A stretch of DNA of 62,052 bases from Clostridium sp. CAG:217 (GTDB taxonomy: Bacteria > Bacillota_I > Bacilli_A > Erysipelotrichales > Erysipelotrichaceae), in contig CAVFKJ010000046.1 of NCBI GenBank assembly GCA_963623125.1, forward strand, positions 41,253 to 103,304, written 5' to 3'. Shown here piece after piece: positions 36,577 to 45,957 of the stretch. A program made the translations under genes and the position numbers. The notes under the pieces are model-generated. The model had not been told where the DNA came from, searched no databases, and saw only the letters and a program-made list of their open reading frames with translations. Every line of letters begins with the position of its first letter. Position 1 is the first letter of the stretch.

Positions 36577-39500
36577 ATGAAGGAAGAAATCAAAAAGAAA
36601 AAAAGAAAAGGTGGTTTATTAAAGGGTGCTGCAACAGTTACAGGTGCAGCCTTTGTTGGAGCATTGACTGTTGAAAACCAAGCAGTTTATGCCGAAGAAG
36701 ACAGTCAGATGTCTCAAAGCGAGTCACAAAACATCGCAGAAAGTCAGCTAGTTGAGGAATCTAATAGTGCTTCAGACTCCGATGAAACTTCTCTTTCACA
36801 AGTTGGCGAAAACTCAGAAGCTGCTTCTGAATCATTAAAGAGTGAAGAAAGTCAAATCAAATCTACAAGCGAAGAAAAAAGTGCAAGTGCAGCTAGTAGC
36901 TTAAGTGATGCGACTAAAGAAAGTGAAACTAATTCTGCTAAGGCAAGTGAGAATGTAGTTAAGTCTACTGAAAATTCCGCTTTAGCAAGTACTTCATTTT
37001 CACTTGAAAATAGTGTTTCAACAACAAATTCTGCTTCAGCAAACACTTCAGCAGTTGAAGTTGAAGATAAATCAGAAAGTACTTCAGTACAATTATCTAA
37101 TTCTAATAGTGATGCAAAGAGTGAATCAACATCAGATAAAACAAGCGATGAAACTTCTTTAAGTAATGCAACAAGAGTTAGCACAGAAGCTTCTACAGCC
37201 GCATCAGATTCAGCATCAGATGTAGAAAGTACTTCAGAAGCTAATAGTACTTTAGATAAAAACACTTCAACAACTGGTAGTGCTGTTTTATCACAAGAGG
37301 AGTCAACTTATGAAAGTCAATCAAATCTATACGCTTCATTAAGTAACTCAGAATCGACTGCTAAGTCAGCTTATGAAAGTACAAGTGCATCAGAATCTGT
37401 AAAAGTGTCTGAGTTTGTAGCTGATAGTATGACATATAAAGATGGTGTTGAAGAAAATACTATCTTATCAGCATTAAATGCAGCTCAAATAGCTTATAAA
37501 GAAAATGCATCAGAAGAAAATAAAGAAAGCCTAGTTAGAGCTATCTTGGCTTATAAGATGTATACTGGTGAGATTTCTCACGTTAATAGTAAGAATGAAG
37601 ATTTCAAGAATGATGGCATACAAGAATATACTATCGTTAAGAATGAAGATGGAACATATGATGTAACATACCATACTAGCTATGGTTATCAAATTGATGA
37701 GTTAGGAAATAAGTTACCTAACGCTGAATATGTAAGGGAAACAATGACTTTACATGTTAAGCAAGAAGAAGGTAAGGTAACTTTATTTGAAAAACAATAT
37801 ACTTGGGGCGAAGAAACTACTCAAGAATATAAAAACGATAAACCTACAAAGGACATTGAATCCTCAACGTTTAATCAAAACTATCATCTAGTAATACGCA
37901 AGATTGAAGCCGGCTATTATGAAGAAGAGGCTGAAGAAGGCGGAAAAGAAGACATTAAGTACACTTGGGTGACAGAGAAGAGTGACACTTACTATCTTAA
38001 AGATTCTGGCGAAAAAGTTGTTGAAAAACTAAACAAGAACCAGGTTTCGTATGATAAAGCAAACGATTCTTATACTGTGTCTAAATACGAAAAGCCAAAA
38101 AAAGTTGAAACTAATGCGGGCAATGAATTAAAAGAATTCGAAATCCATATAGCTCCTAGTGGCCAAAAGTATATGGTCGTAAGAGAAGGTGAGACTAATT
38201 ATGTTTGTGTTCAAACAGGAAATGATGGTAAATATCAAAAAATATGGTTGGGTTGGAATGCCGGCCTTCTTACCGCGAATGATTATAAAAATCCAACTGA
38301 GTTCAGCATAACTTACTCATATATTTATAAGAGAATAGTAACATTTAAAACTACTGATAAAGCAACCATTGATATACAAATCAAAAATAATAGGATAGTT
38401 ATTAGTGGCGATTATAACTATGAAAAAAGAAAGCCTTTATCAAATCAACTTATAGATAAAAAGCATTATGACAGTTATTCACAATCCTTTAAAATAGCTA
38501 CTCAACCAGATGAAATCTATAGTACCCTAGCAGACAAGACAACAACTAAGTTTAACGAGAGTGATAAAGAACTTAAAGATGATAGCAGCGTAGTCAACTC
38601 TTATTCAACTGCGATAAGTGAATCTAATGCGGCTTCTGAAGTATCATCTAAGCTTTCTTCTGAATCTGTTAGCCAAGCTAAGGAATCAATGGAAATAGCG
38701 CAAAGTGTTGCTAAAAGTACTTCAATTTCAAATGAAAGTACAAGTACTTCAACTTCAACTGTTAGATCACAGTCTTATAAAGATGCACAAAGTACGAGTT
38801 TAAAGACTAGTGAGGAAGCAAAGAATTCTCAAAGTGATGTTGAAAGTACAAGTGCTGTAAATAGTAAAGCAGCTGATAGTGTAAGTGCAGCTCATTCAAC
38901 TAATAGTGATTCTAATAGTAAGAGTGCTGCTGATTCATTAAGTAAAGCTAGCGAAAATAGTGGTTCAAATTCTCTTTCTGCTTCTATAAGTTATAGTGAG
39001 GCAATCAGTAGAAGCCTTAAAAATAGTGAGTCAGATAGTACAAGTCATAAAGAAGTTAGTGAGAGCAATTCTAGTGTAAAGAGTGCTTCTCTTTCTGCTT
39101 CTACAAGTGCAGAAGATAGCCTAAATAAGAGTGCTAGTACTAGTGAAAGTAGAGATGCAAGCTTAAAGGATTCTGAGTCTACATCAAAAGCTGGTTCCGT
39201 TTCTGCTTCTAATAGCAAGTCAACAAGCTTAAGCGATTATGTTTCTAGATCTACTTCCGTTTCACTAAGCAATTCAATTAGTGACGCTAATAAAGATAGC
39301 ATTTCGACTAGTACTTCATTATCTACTTCAATTAGTACTGATGTATCTAATTCAGATGCTACATCTAAGAGTTTATCTGAGTCATTAAGTATAGCTAATA
39401 GTGAAAGTGCTGAAAAATCTGAAAGCTTATCTAACTCTATCGCAAGTGATATTAAGAGCGAAAGTGAAGCTAAAGATAGCTTATCTAAGTCATTAAGTGA

Positions 39501-41193
39501 TGAAAAGAGTACAAGCATTTCTAATAGTGTTAGACATAGTGAACAAGTAAGTACTGAAGCTTCTAAATCAACAAGTTTAAGTACTAAAGATAGTGAAAGT
39601 GGTTTAACTAGTGAAGAGTTATCTAACAGTGCTAGCCAAGAGGCTTCTAAGTCTATTAGTAATTCACTTTCTCAAAGTGATTCTGCTAAACAAGAAACTA
39701 TTAAGTCAGAATCTTCTAGCTTAAGTGCAAGTACTTCATTAAGTGAAGCTGTAAAGAAATCTGAATCTGCTTCCGAAAGTGCTAAAGATTCTACTTCAAC
39801 TGTTAAGTCTAATTCTGAGTCAACAAGTACCAGCCTAAAAGATAGCGCAAGTATTGCTGAATCATTAAGTAAGAAACATTCAGAAAGCGAATCTAATTCT
39901 AAGTCAATCGCTGATTCAATGAGTGCTTCTCAAGCAAAGAGAAGTGATTTGGATAGTGAATCATTAAGTAATAGTGCTGCAATCGCTGAAAGCTTAAGTA
40001 ATTCTAATAAAGATTCTGCTTCTACTTCTAAGTCAATCGCTGATAGCTTAAGCAGTTCTAATTCAACAAGTGCTTATAACTCTAAGTCGACTGCTGAAAG
40101 CTTAAGTGCTAGAAACTCTGAAAGTTTAAGCAATAGTTCTAAAGATGTAGAAAGTAAGTCTGAAGAAAATTCAAAGAGTGCAGAAAACTCTAGATCATCT
40201 GCAGAAAGCACAAGCAAGTCTAATTCAACAAGTGATAGCGATAGCCATGTTGATGGAGATAAATTCAGTACATCTATTAGTGAATCATTGAGTGAGTCTA
40301 CTAAGACATCAGAGAGTGTTAGTGCTTCAACAAAAGAAAGTGAAAAGGTATCTGAAGAAGTTTCTCAATCAGTAAGTCAAAGTACTAATGTTTCTACTTC
40401 AGCTTCTACTGTTGCCAGTCAAGAAAAGAGTGCTAGCGAATCTACTGTAGCTAGTACTATTGCTAGCCAAGAGAAATCTACTAGTCTAAGTGATTCAACT
40501 AGTACAAGCGATAGTGTTAAGAAATCTCAAGAGGCTTCTAAGTCAAATAGTGAAAGCTTATCTGCTAGTGTTAGTGCTAGTGAAGATGCTTCAAGAAAGG
40601 CTAGTGAAAGCTTAAGTAAGTCATCTTCATTAAGTCTAAGCACAAGTGTTTCAGATAGTACTAGCAAGTCATTAAGTACTTCTAGTTCAATTAGTGGTTC
40701 TCTAAGCACTTCTGAAAGTAATTCGGCTAGTGCATCTACTTCAACTAGTGGTTCTAATAGTACAAGCCTAAGCACTTCAATTAGCGCAAGCTTATCTGCT
40801 AGTATTAGTGCTAGTATTGCTGCAAGTAATAGTGGTAATGCTGAAACTTCTGAGACTAGTACAAGTGAGACTAATACAAGTGAAGTACCTGATAGTACTT
40901 CAACTAGAAGATATGTTGATTATGCAAGTCTAAGTAGAAGTGCTTCAGCAAGTCTTTCTGAATCAATTAGTATTAGTGAGTCTTTGAGTCAATCAGAGTT
41001 CGATAGTGCTCCACTTAATATCGATAGTACAAGCCAGACGACTAAGATCGATGATGAAGAGACACCAGAGGTTCTTGGTGTAGCTTCTCCTTGGTGGACT
41101 TGGATTCCTGGTTTAGGTGGTGTATTAAGCATCTACGATGGTCTTAAAAACAAGAAGAAGGACAAAGATAAAAAAGATTCTGAAGAAGAATAA
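36577..41193 (+). CDS. Serine-rich repeat (SRR) adhesin, predicted accessory Sec substrate
   Basis: Gly-rich signal peptide (KKKRKGGLLKGAATVTGAAFVGALTV). The layout is SRR1, a non-repeat basic region of ~360 aa, a very long SRR2, and a C-terminal hydrophobic segment with a KNKKKDKDKK tail. It is followed by secY2-asp1-3-secA2-gtfAB. Confidence 0.85.
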   Translation: MKEEIKKKKRKGGLLKGAATVTGAAFVGALTVENQAVYAEEDSQMSQSESQNIAESQLVEESNSASDSDETSLSQVGENSEAASESLKSEESQIKSTSEEKSASAASSLSDATKESETNSAKASENVVKSTENSALASTSFSLENSVSTTNSASANTSAVEVEDKSESTSVQLSNSNSDAKSESTSDKTSDETSLSNATRVSTEASTAASDSASDVESTSEANSTLDKNTSTTGSAVLSQEESTYESQSNLYASLSNSESTAKSAYESTSASESVKVSEFVADSMTYKDGVEENTILSALNAAQIAYKENASEENKESLVRAILAYKMYTGEISHVNSKNEDFKNDGIQEYTIVKNEDGTYDVTYHTSYGYQIDELGNKLPNAEYVRETMTLHVKQEEGKVTLFEKQYTWGEETTQEYKNDKPTKDIESSTFNQNYHLVIRKIEAGYYEEEAEEGGKEDIKYTWVTEKSDTYYLKDSGEKVVEKLNKNQVSYDKANDSYTVSKYEKPKKVETNAGNELKEFEIHIAPSGQKYMVVREGETNYVCVQTGNDGKYQKIWLGWNAGLLTANDYKNPTEFSITYSYIYKRIVTFKTTDKATIDIQIKNNRIVISGDYNYEKRKPLSNQLIDKKHYDSYSQSFKIATQPDEIYSTLADKTTTKFNESDKELKDDSSVVNSYSTAISESNAASEVSSKLSSESVSQAKESMEIAQSVAKSTSISNESTSTSTSTVRSQSYKDAQSTSLKTSEEAKNSQSDVESTSAVNSKAADSVSAAHSTNSDSNSKSAADSLSKASENSGSNSLSASISYSEAISRSLKNSESDSTSHKEVSESNSSVKSASLSASTSAEDSLNKSASTSESRDASLKDSESTSKAGSVSASNSKSTSLSDYVSRSTSVSLSNSISDANKDSISTSTSLSTSISTDVSNSDATSKSLSESLSIANSESAEKSESLSNSIASDIKSESEAKDSLSKSLSDEKSTSISNSVRHSEQVSTEASKSTSLSTKDSESGLTSEELSNSASQEASKSISNSLSQSDSAKQETIKSESSSLSASTSLSEAVKKSESASESAKDSTSTVKSNSESTSTSLKDSASIAESLSKKHSESESNSKSIADSMSASQAKRSDLDSESLSNSAAIAESLSNSNKDSASTSKSIADSLSSSNSTSAYNSKSTAESLSARNSESLSNSSKDVESKSEENSKSAENSRSSAESTSKSNSTSDSDSHVDGDKFSTSISESLSESTKTSESVSASTKESEKVSEEVSQSVSQSTNVSTSASTVASQEKSASESTVASTIASQEKSTSLSDSTSTSDSVKKSQEASKSNSESLSASVSASEDASRKASESLSKSSSLSLSTSVSDSTSKSLSTSSSISGSLSTSESNSASASTSTSGSNSTSLSTSISASLSASISASIAASNSGNAETSETSTSETNTSEVPDSTSTRRYVDYASLSRSASASLSESISISESLSQSEFDSAPLNIDSTSQTTKIDDEETPEVLGVASPWWTWIPGLGGVLSIYDGLKNKKKDKDKKDSEEE
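36700..37430 (+). repeat. SRR1 serine-rich low-complexity coding repeat
   Basis: Alternating Ser-x codons (SESQ, SASD, SESTS...) in the translation. Confidence 0.7.
38590..41000 (+). repeat. SRR2 serine-rich low-complexity coding repeat
   Basis: About 800 aa of S-x-S-x repeats (SKSxSxSLSxS...). It produces spurious Leu/Glu-rich antisense ORFs. Confidence 0.8.
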
Positions 41194-41204
41194 TTAATAT
41201 TTGG

Positions 41205-41240
41205 ACATGCACAGTTTATAATAAAGCTGTGCATGTTTTT
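41205..41240 (+). terminator. Terminator or attenuator hairpin between the SRR adhesin gene and secY2
   Basis: Perfect 10-bp stem acatgcacag/ctgtgcatgt with a 12-nt loop, followed by TTTT. Confidence 0.6.
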
Positions 41241-41257
41241 ATAAGTGGGAGATAATT

Positions 41258-42457
41258 TTGATTAATTTTTTTAAAACACATGAATTACCTAGAAGATTAT
41301 TATGCATGATTTTAGTGCTTGGGGTTTTTGTGTTGGGTAGAAATATCATTTTATATAATGTCGATATCGCTTCTTTAGTTGATAATAATAATGCTGAAAA
41401 TATCTTACTTAGTGCTGTAAGTGGTGACTTGAATCGTTATTCTATTTTTGCACTAGGTATTATGCCTTATATGAGCGCTTCTATTCTTGTACAGTTTGTT
41501 TTACTTGTTTTGCCTAAGGAAAGTAAGAAGCGCATTTCTAAAAGTAAGATGGATACCATTTCTTTGATTTTAGCTATCATCTTTTCTTTGTTTTTGGGCT
41601 ACTCAAGAGCTAATGAATTAGTTTATTTAACCAGTCCTTTAAGCAAGCTTGCTTTGATGATTATTTCGATTGTGGAGATGGTGATTGGTTCTTTGATTAT
41701 CATTTTTATTTGTAAGTTTAATAAGGATCATGGTTTGGGTGGGCAAACACCAATTATTTTAATTAATGTAGCTGAAAGCTTTTATACAACCATTAAGGAT
41801 AATTTATATGATATTACGGTTCTTTTGGTTTTGATTTGTTTGGCGGTATTTTTTATTACTTTATTAATCGAAAATGTTGAACTACATATTCCCGTACAAA
41901 GAGTTTCTATCAATAATATGTATGCGGATAAAAACTATATTGCGTTTAAATTAAATCCAATTGGTATTATGCCAGTTATGTTTTCTTCTTCAATCTTTAT
42001 TCTTGTTAAGTATATACTTTATGCCTTGGGTGGCATCTTTGAGGAAGATAAGACTTTGCTTAATATTAATGCGAATATGGATTTGACTAGTAAGATTGGG
42101 GTTAATACTTATCTTATTATTGTTTTCTTATTTACGGTTATCTTTTCTTTTGCGATGTTAGCTCCTAGAGATATGGCTGATAACTTACAAAAAGGTGGAG
42201 ATAGTATTGTGGGCGTTTATGCTGGTAAGCCTACTAGACGTTATTTTTCTTTTGCGATATTAATGCTTTCACTTATTAGTGGGGTTGTGTTGTCTAGTTG
42301 TATGGCTTTGTCTTTATATTTAGCTTTAAATGGTAATTTAACCAGTGAATTAGCGATGCTTCCTTCATCGATTATGATGTTAGTAAGTATCTTTAGTAAT
42401 GTGATAGCTGAAGCTTATAGTTACTATAAGCTTGATATGTATAAATTCTTTATTTAG
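41258..42457 (+). CDS. secY2: Accessory Sec translocase subunit SecY2
   Basis: A 10-TM SecY-like protein of 399 aa (GIMPYMSASILVQF). Position in the aSec locus. TTG start after a GGGAGA RBS. Confidence 0.85.
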   Translation: MINFFKTHELPRRLLCMILVLGVFVLGRNIILYNVDIASLVDNNNAENILLSAVSGDLNRYSIFALGIMPYMSASILVQFVLLVLPKESKKRISKSKMDTISLILAIIFSLFLGYSRANELVYLTSPLSKLALMIISIVEMVIGSLIIIFICKFNKDHGLGGQTPIILINVAESFYTTIKDNLYDITVLLVLICLAVFFITLLIENVELHIPVQRVSINNMYADKNYIAFKLNPIGIMPVMFSSSIFILVKYILYALGGIFEEDKTLLNINANMDLTSKIGVNTYLIIVFLFTVIFSFAMLAPRDMADNLQKGGDSIVGVYAGKPTRRYFSFAILMLSLISGVVLSSCMALSLYLALNGNLTSELAMLPSSIMMLVSIFSNVIAEAYSYYKLDMYKFFI

Positions 42458-42465
42458 GTGAGTGT

Positions 42466-44040
42466 ATGCTTTATTTTATTCCGGCTTGGTATAGTGAAAA
42501 TAGTTTTAAGGAAAATAGCCAACAATGGTATCAAAGAAGACTGCGTTCAGAGGTTGATGATAGTGTTAAACAGCTTCAACTTTTTGATCGTAAGAAGATT
42601 GCTGATACATGTGCTATTGTTTTAAATCATGCACCAAACTATCGTCATTTCTTACATCGTCAGGGTCTTTTAAATAGTAACTATTTTAATGTGTTTGATA
42701 GTATTCAAAATATTAAATCAAAAAAGGCAGCTGTTTTTTCTTATCGTGATTTAAGCTGGCCAGAGGGTATTGATTTTATCTATTCACCATTTTGTATTAT
42801 TGCGTATTTTAAGGGGATTAAATATGCTCAAATAGAATTTGGTGAAGATGGCAATATGATTCTAATTGATATGTTTAAGGATAATGTATTAAGTAGAAGG
42901 AATATTTATGATGATCGTGGTTTTTTAAGTTTAACTATTGTTTATAAAGATGGAAAGATGGTTTATGAACAATATCTAAATGATAAAGGAACTTGGATGA
43001 TTTGTATTTATAGTGATGGTCATGTTTTAGTTAATGAAAAAGAGAATAAATATCTTATTGGCGATAATTATTTTGTTTATTTAAAGAAAGAATATTCTAA
43101 TGTAAGTGATTTAATTAAGGAAGTTTTAACAAGTTACTTGAGCAGTGTTAATAGTTTGGATATTTTTGTGGTAGCTATGCATAAGTTACATAGTTCTTTA
43201 TTACTTGATTGCTTAGGTGATAAAAAAATAATTTTATCTTTATTTAGAGATAGATGTATTGTGGATGATAAGGCTTCTATTAAGTTATGTGATTTAGCTA
43301 AGGCGATTGTAACCGATAGTAAGGATACTTATCATAAAAGTGGCTTGGATAAGCTTGATTGTCAATATAAGATTACGGATATTACACCATTTGATACTAG
43401 AGTTGATTTTGGCATTAGTAGGCAACTTAAACAACAAAATATTCTTTTGTCAGTTGATTTAATAGATGATTGTACTTTTGAAAAGTGTATTGTTATCTTG
43501 ATGAACTATATGCTTAAAAATAAGGACGCTAGAGTTAGCTTATTTACGCGAAATAGTGTCTATGATATAGAAGAGCGTTTATTGTCTAAAGTACGTAATA
43601 TCCTAGCTAAAAATGGCTTTAGTGAAGACTATGCTGTTAATAAGAAGAATATTGTGACTGAGAATAATTTAGATGAAGAACTTCCTTGTCTTTTCTTTGT
43701 TAAACAATGCGTTACCGAACTTAGTTTAAGCAAGTGTCTAAAGGAACAAAGGCTTGTTATTGACTTTGGTGATGAGATTGATTTGTTCTTACAAATTGGT
43801 TCAATTAGTATGGGTATTCCTTTAATTGTTAGTAAAAGAAGTGAATATGTAGAAAATGGTGAAAATGGTTTTGTTTTAGCTAATGTAGATAGATTAAATG
43901 ATGTATTAGTTTATTATCTTGATACTTTGGATAATTGGAATAAGGCAATGATTGCTTCCTATAAGATAGGCAAGAAGTTTTCTAGTGATAATTTAGTTAA
44001 ATGGTGGAAGGGAGTAATAGATTATGTTTTACAAAATTAA
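42466..44040 (+). CDS. asp1: Accessory Sec system protein Asp1
   Basis: Characteristic MLYFIPAWY N-terminus, a size of ~520 aa, and its position after secY2. Confidence 0.8.
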   Translation: MLYFIPAWYSENSFKENSQQWYQRRLRSEVDDSVKQLQLFDRKKIADTCAIVLNHAPNYRHFLHRQGLLNSNYFNVFDSIQNIKSKKAAVFSYRDLSWPEGIDFIYSPFCIIAYFKGIKYAQIEFGEDGNMILIDMFKDNVLSRRNIYDDRGFLSLTIVYKDGKMVYEQYLNDKGTWMICIYSDGHVLVNEKENKYLIGDNYFVYLKKEYSNVSDLIKEVLTSYLSSVNSLDIFVVAMHKLHSSLLLDCLGDKKIILSLFRDRCIVDDKASIKLCDLAKAIVTDSKDTYHKSGLDKLDCQYKITDITPFDTRVDFGISRQLKQQNILLSVDLIDDCTFEKCIVILMNYMLKNKDARVSLFTRNSVYDIEERLLSKVRNILAKNGFSEDYAVNKKNIVTENNLDEELPCLFFVKQCVTELSLSKCLKEQRLVIDFGDEIDLFLQIGSISMGIPLIVSKRSEYVENGENGFVLANVDRLNDVLVYYLDTLDNWNKAMIASYKIGKKFSSDNLVKWWKGVIDYVLQN

Positions 44041-45523
44041 TGTATTACAACTTGGCAAAACCGATTTTAGTAAAATTTATACCATACATGAAGCTGTTAC
44101 ATGGCATTTCGAGAGTGATTTAGAAGATAGTAAACTAAAGTCTTTTGATGTAGTTATTTTGGATCGTAATATTAATGATTCAGAGAGAAAACAATTGTTT
44201 AAGTTAACTAAGGCTTATTGTTTATTTATCTTAGATGATTTTGTATACGAAAAGAATATTTCTTGGTTAATTGAAACTAAAGTAGGGAAGATAATTAATA
44301 AAGATAAACTTAATGTTTTATTAAAAGATGAGATTATTGATTATTTTGGTAAACCCTATGGTGAAAAATTTAGTCCAGTTAATTTAACCGTTAATGATGG
44401 CTTTAAAGGAAAAGTGTCATATGAAGGGTATAATGGCTTAAATTTAAGCGGTGACTTTGGAAGTGATTTTAGACAAATTGCCTATTGGCGAAATAATATT
44501 CCGGTTTTTAAAGGCCAATCAATTGATTTTTGGCTAGAATATGAAAAAAGTAGTGATGTAAGTATTAAATTATCAATTGTCCAGTTTGTATCTGGTTCTT
44601 TAAGTACTATTTTAAATAGTTGGCTTTTTGATGAAGAGGATATGAAAGAAATTGTTTATATCACTAATAATAAGGCTACTGGTCCTGTTTTTGTATCTAT
44701 TTTAGCTAAAGGAAAAGGCGATTTAAAAATAATTGCCTTACATGATCGCTATTCACGAAGAGGTAAGGGTAACTTTCTTGTGGGTGGTCAAAGAGCGGTT
44801 ACAAGTAAAAGAGAGGAGATTTTCTTTTACTTTGATCCAGGGGATAAAAAACCACCTTTAAATGTTTACTTTTCTGGTTATAAGACCCAAGAGGGCTTTG
44901 AGGGCTACAACATGATGCGTAAGATGGGTTCACCATTCTTACTTATAAGCGAGTCAAGACTTGAAGGTGGCGCTTTCTATTTGGGTGATGAAGAATATGA
45001 GAAGATGATGGTTGATGGAATTAAGTGTTATTTAGATAAGCTTGGTTTTTCTAATAAACAAATGATTATGTCTGGCCTTTCAATGGGTACTTTTGGGGCT
45101 ATGTATTATGCGTGTGACTTTAATCCTTTTGCGGTAGTACTTGGTAAGCCTTTATGTAATTTAGGTGATGTCGCAAACAATGAGCGTATCAATCGTCCTT
45201 ATGCTTTCCCTACTTCCTTGGATGTACTATATAAGCAATATGGTAATCTAGATGATTTTGATAAATTAAATAAGCGTTTTTGGGATAAGTTTGATAAGGC
45301 TTGTTTTGATGATATCAAGTTTGTTGTTTCTTATATGATTGAAGATGACTATGATTGTAATGCCTATAATGATTTATTGTCACATATTAATAATGATTCT
45401 ATTGAAGTATATGGCAAAGGCATTCATGGCCGTCATAATGATAATACAGCTGGTATTGTTGGTTGGTTTGTTGGCCAATACTATAATTTATTAAATGGTT
45501 TCTTTAATAGGAGATTAAGATGA
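44024..45523 (+). CDS. asp2: Accessory Sec system protein Asp2 (esterase/acetyltransferase fold)
   Basis: N-terminal VLQLGK. The Ser-hydrolase nucleophile motif GLSMG sits in the C-terminal half. Its position fits the locus. Confidence 0.8.
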   Translation: MFYKINVLQLGKTDFSKIYTIHEAVTWHFESDLEDSKLKSFDVVILDRNINDSERKQLFKLTKAYCLFILDDFVYEKNISWLIETKVGKIINKDKLNVLLKDEIIDYFGKPYGEKFSPVNLTVNDGFKGKVSYEGYNGLNLSGDFGSDFRQIAYWRNNIPVFKGQSIDFWLEYEKSSDVSIKLSIVQFVSGSLSTILNSWLFDEEDMKEIVYITNNKATGPVFVSILAKGKGDLKIIALHDRYSRRGKGNFLVGGQRAVTSKREEIFFYFDPGDKKPPLNVYFSGYKTQEGFEGYNMMRKMGSPFLLISESRLEGGAFYLGDEEYEKMMVDGIKCYLDKLGFSNKQMIMSGLSMGTFGAMYYACDFNPFAVVLGKPLCNLGDVANNERINRPYAFPTSLDVLYKQYGNLDDFDKLNKRFWDKFDKACFDDIKFVVSYMIEDDYDCNAYNDLLSHINNDSIEVYGKGIHGRHNDNTAGIVGWFVGQYYNLLNGFFNRRLR

Positions 45524-45957
45524 ATACTTGGAATATATATTGGAATGATTATTCTTTTAATTCTTATTTATATGGTTCAAAGATTGAATTTGATAAAAAA
45601 GATGTTAAGTTTTCAAATAGTTTAATGTCGCCTGGTTCAATTATTAAGACTTGGTATTCTAAGGTAAAATTTCAAGAAAAGAGAGTTGAACCAACTTTGC
45701 CGATGATTGATGGTGAAAACAGTTATAATTTAAGTAGAGATATTGAGTGTTTGAATAAAGAAGATATAATCATTCGCATTGTCTTTTTTGATCGATATGA
45801 AAATGAAGTTGATAGTTTGATAATTAGAGAAGAGAGTGTTGACTTTACTTGTCCAATTAAGACTTATAGTTATCAAATTGAACTTATTAATGGTGGAAAA
45901 TGTGACTTTGTTTTCCATAAGTTAGTGTTAAAAGAGTATGAGGGCAAACAAATTTAA
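45520..45957 (+). CDS. asp3: Accessory Sec system protein Asp3
   Basis: A 145-aa protein between asp2 and secA2, with overlapping starts and stops. Confidence 0.7.
   Translation: MNTWNIYWNDYSFNSYLYGSKIEFDKKDVKFSNSLMSPGSIIKTWYSKVKFQEKRVEPTLPMIDGENSYNLSRDIECLNKEDIIIRIVFFDRYENEVDSLIIREESVDFTCPIKTYSYQIELINGGKCDFVFHKLVLKEYEGKQI

Noticed and set aside
36852-40775. Three antisense ORFs inside the SRR adhesin gene (36852-37265, 39237-39518, 40527-40775; Leu/Glu/Ala/Ser-rich).
   Set aside because: They are the reverse-complement reading of AGT/GCT/TCA-type serine-repeat codons, which mechanically gives long stop-free Leu/Glu/Ala-rich frames. They have no RBS or independent signal.
41258-42457. Whether secY2 could be the housekeeping secY.
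   Set aside because: It is embedded between an SRR adhesin gene and asp1-3/secA2/gtfAB, is shorter than typical SecY, and is not in a ribosomal-protein (spc) operon context.
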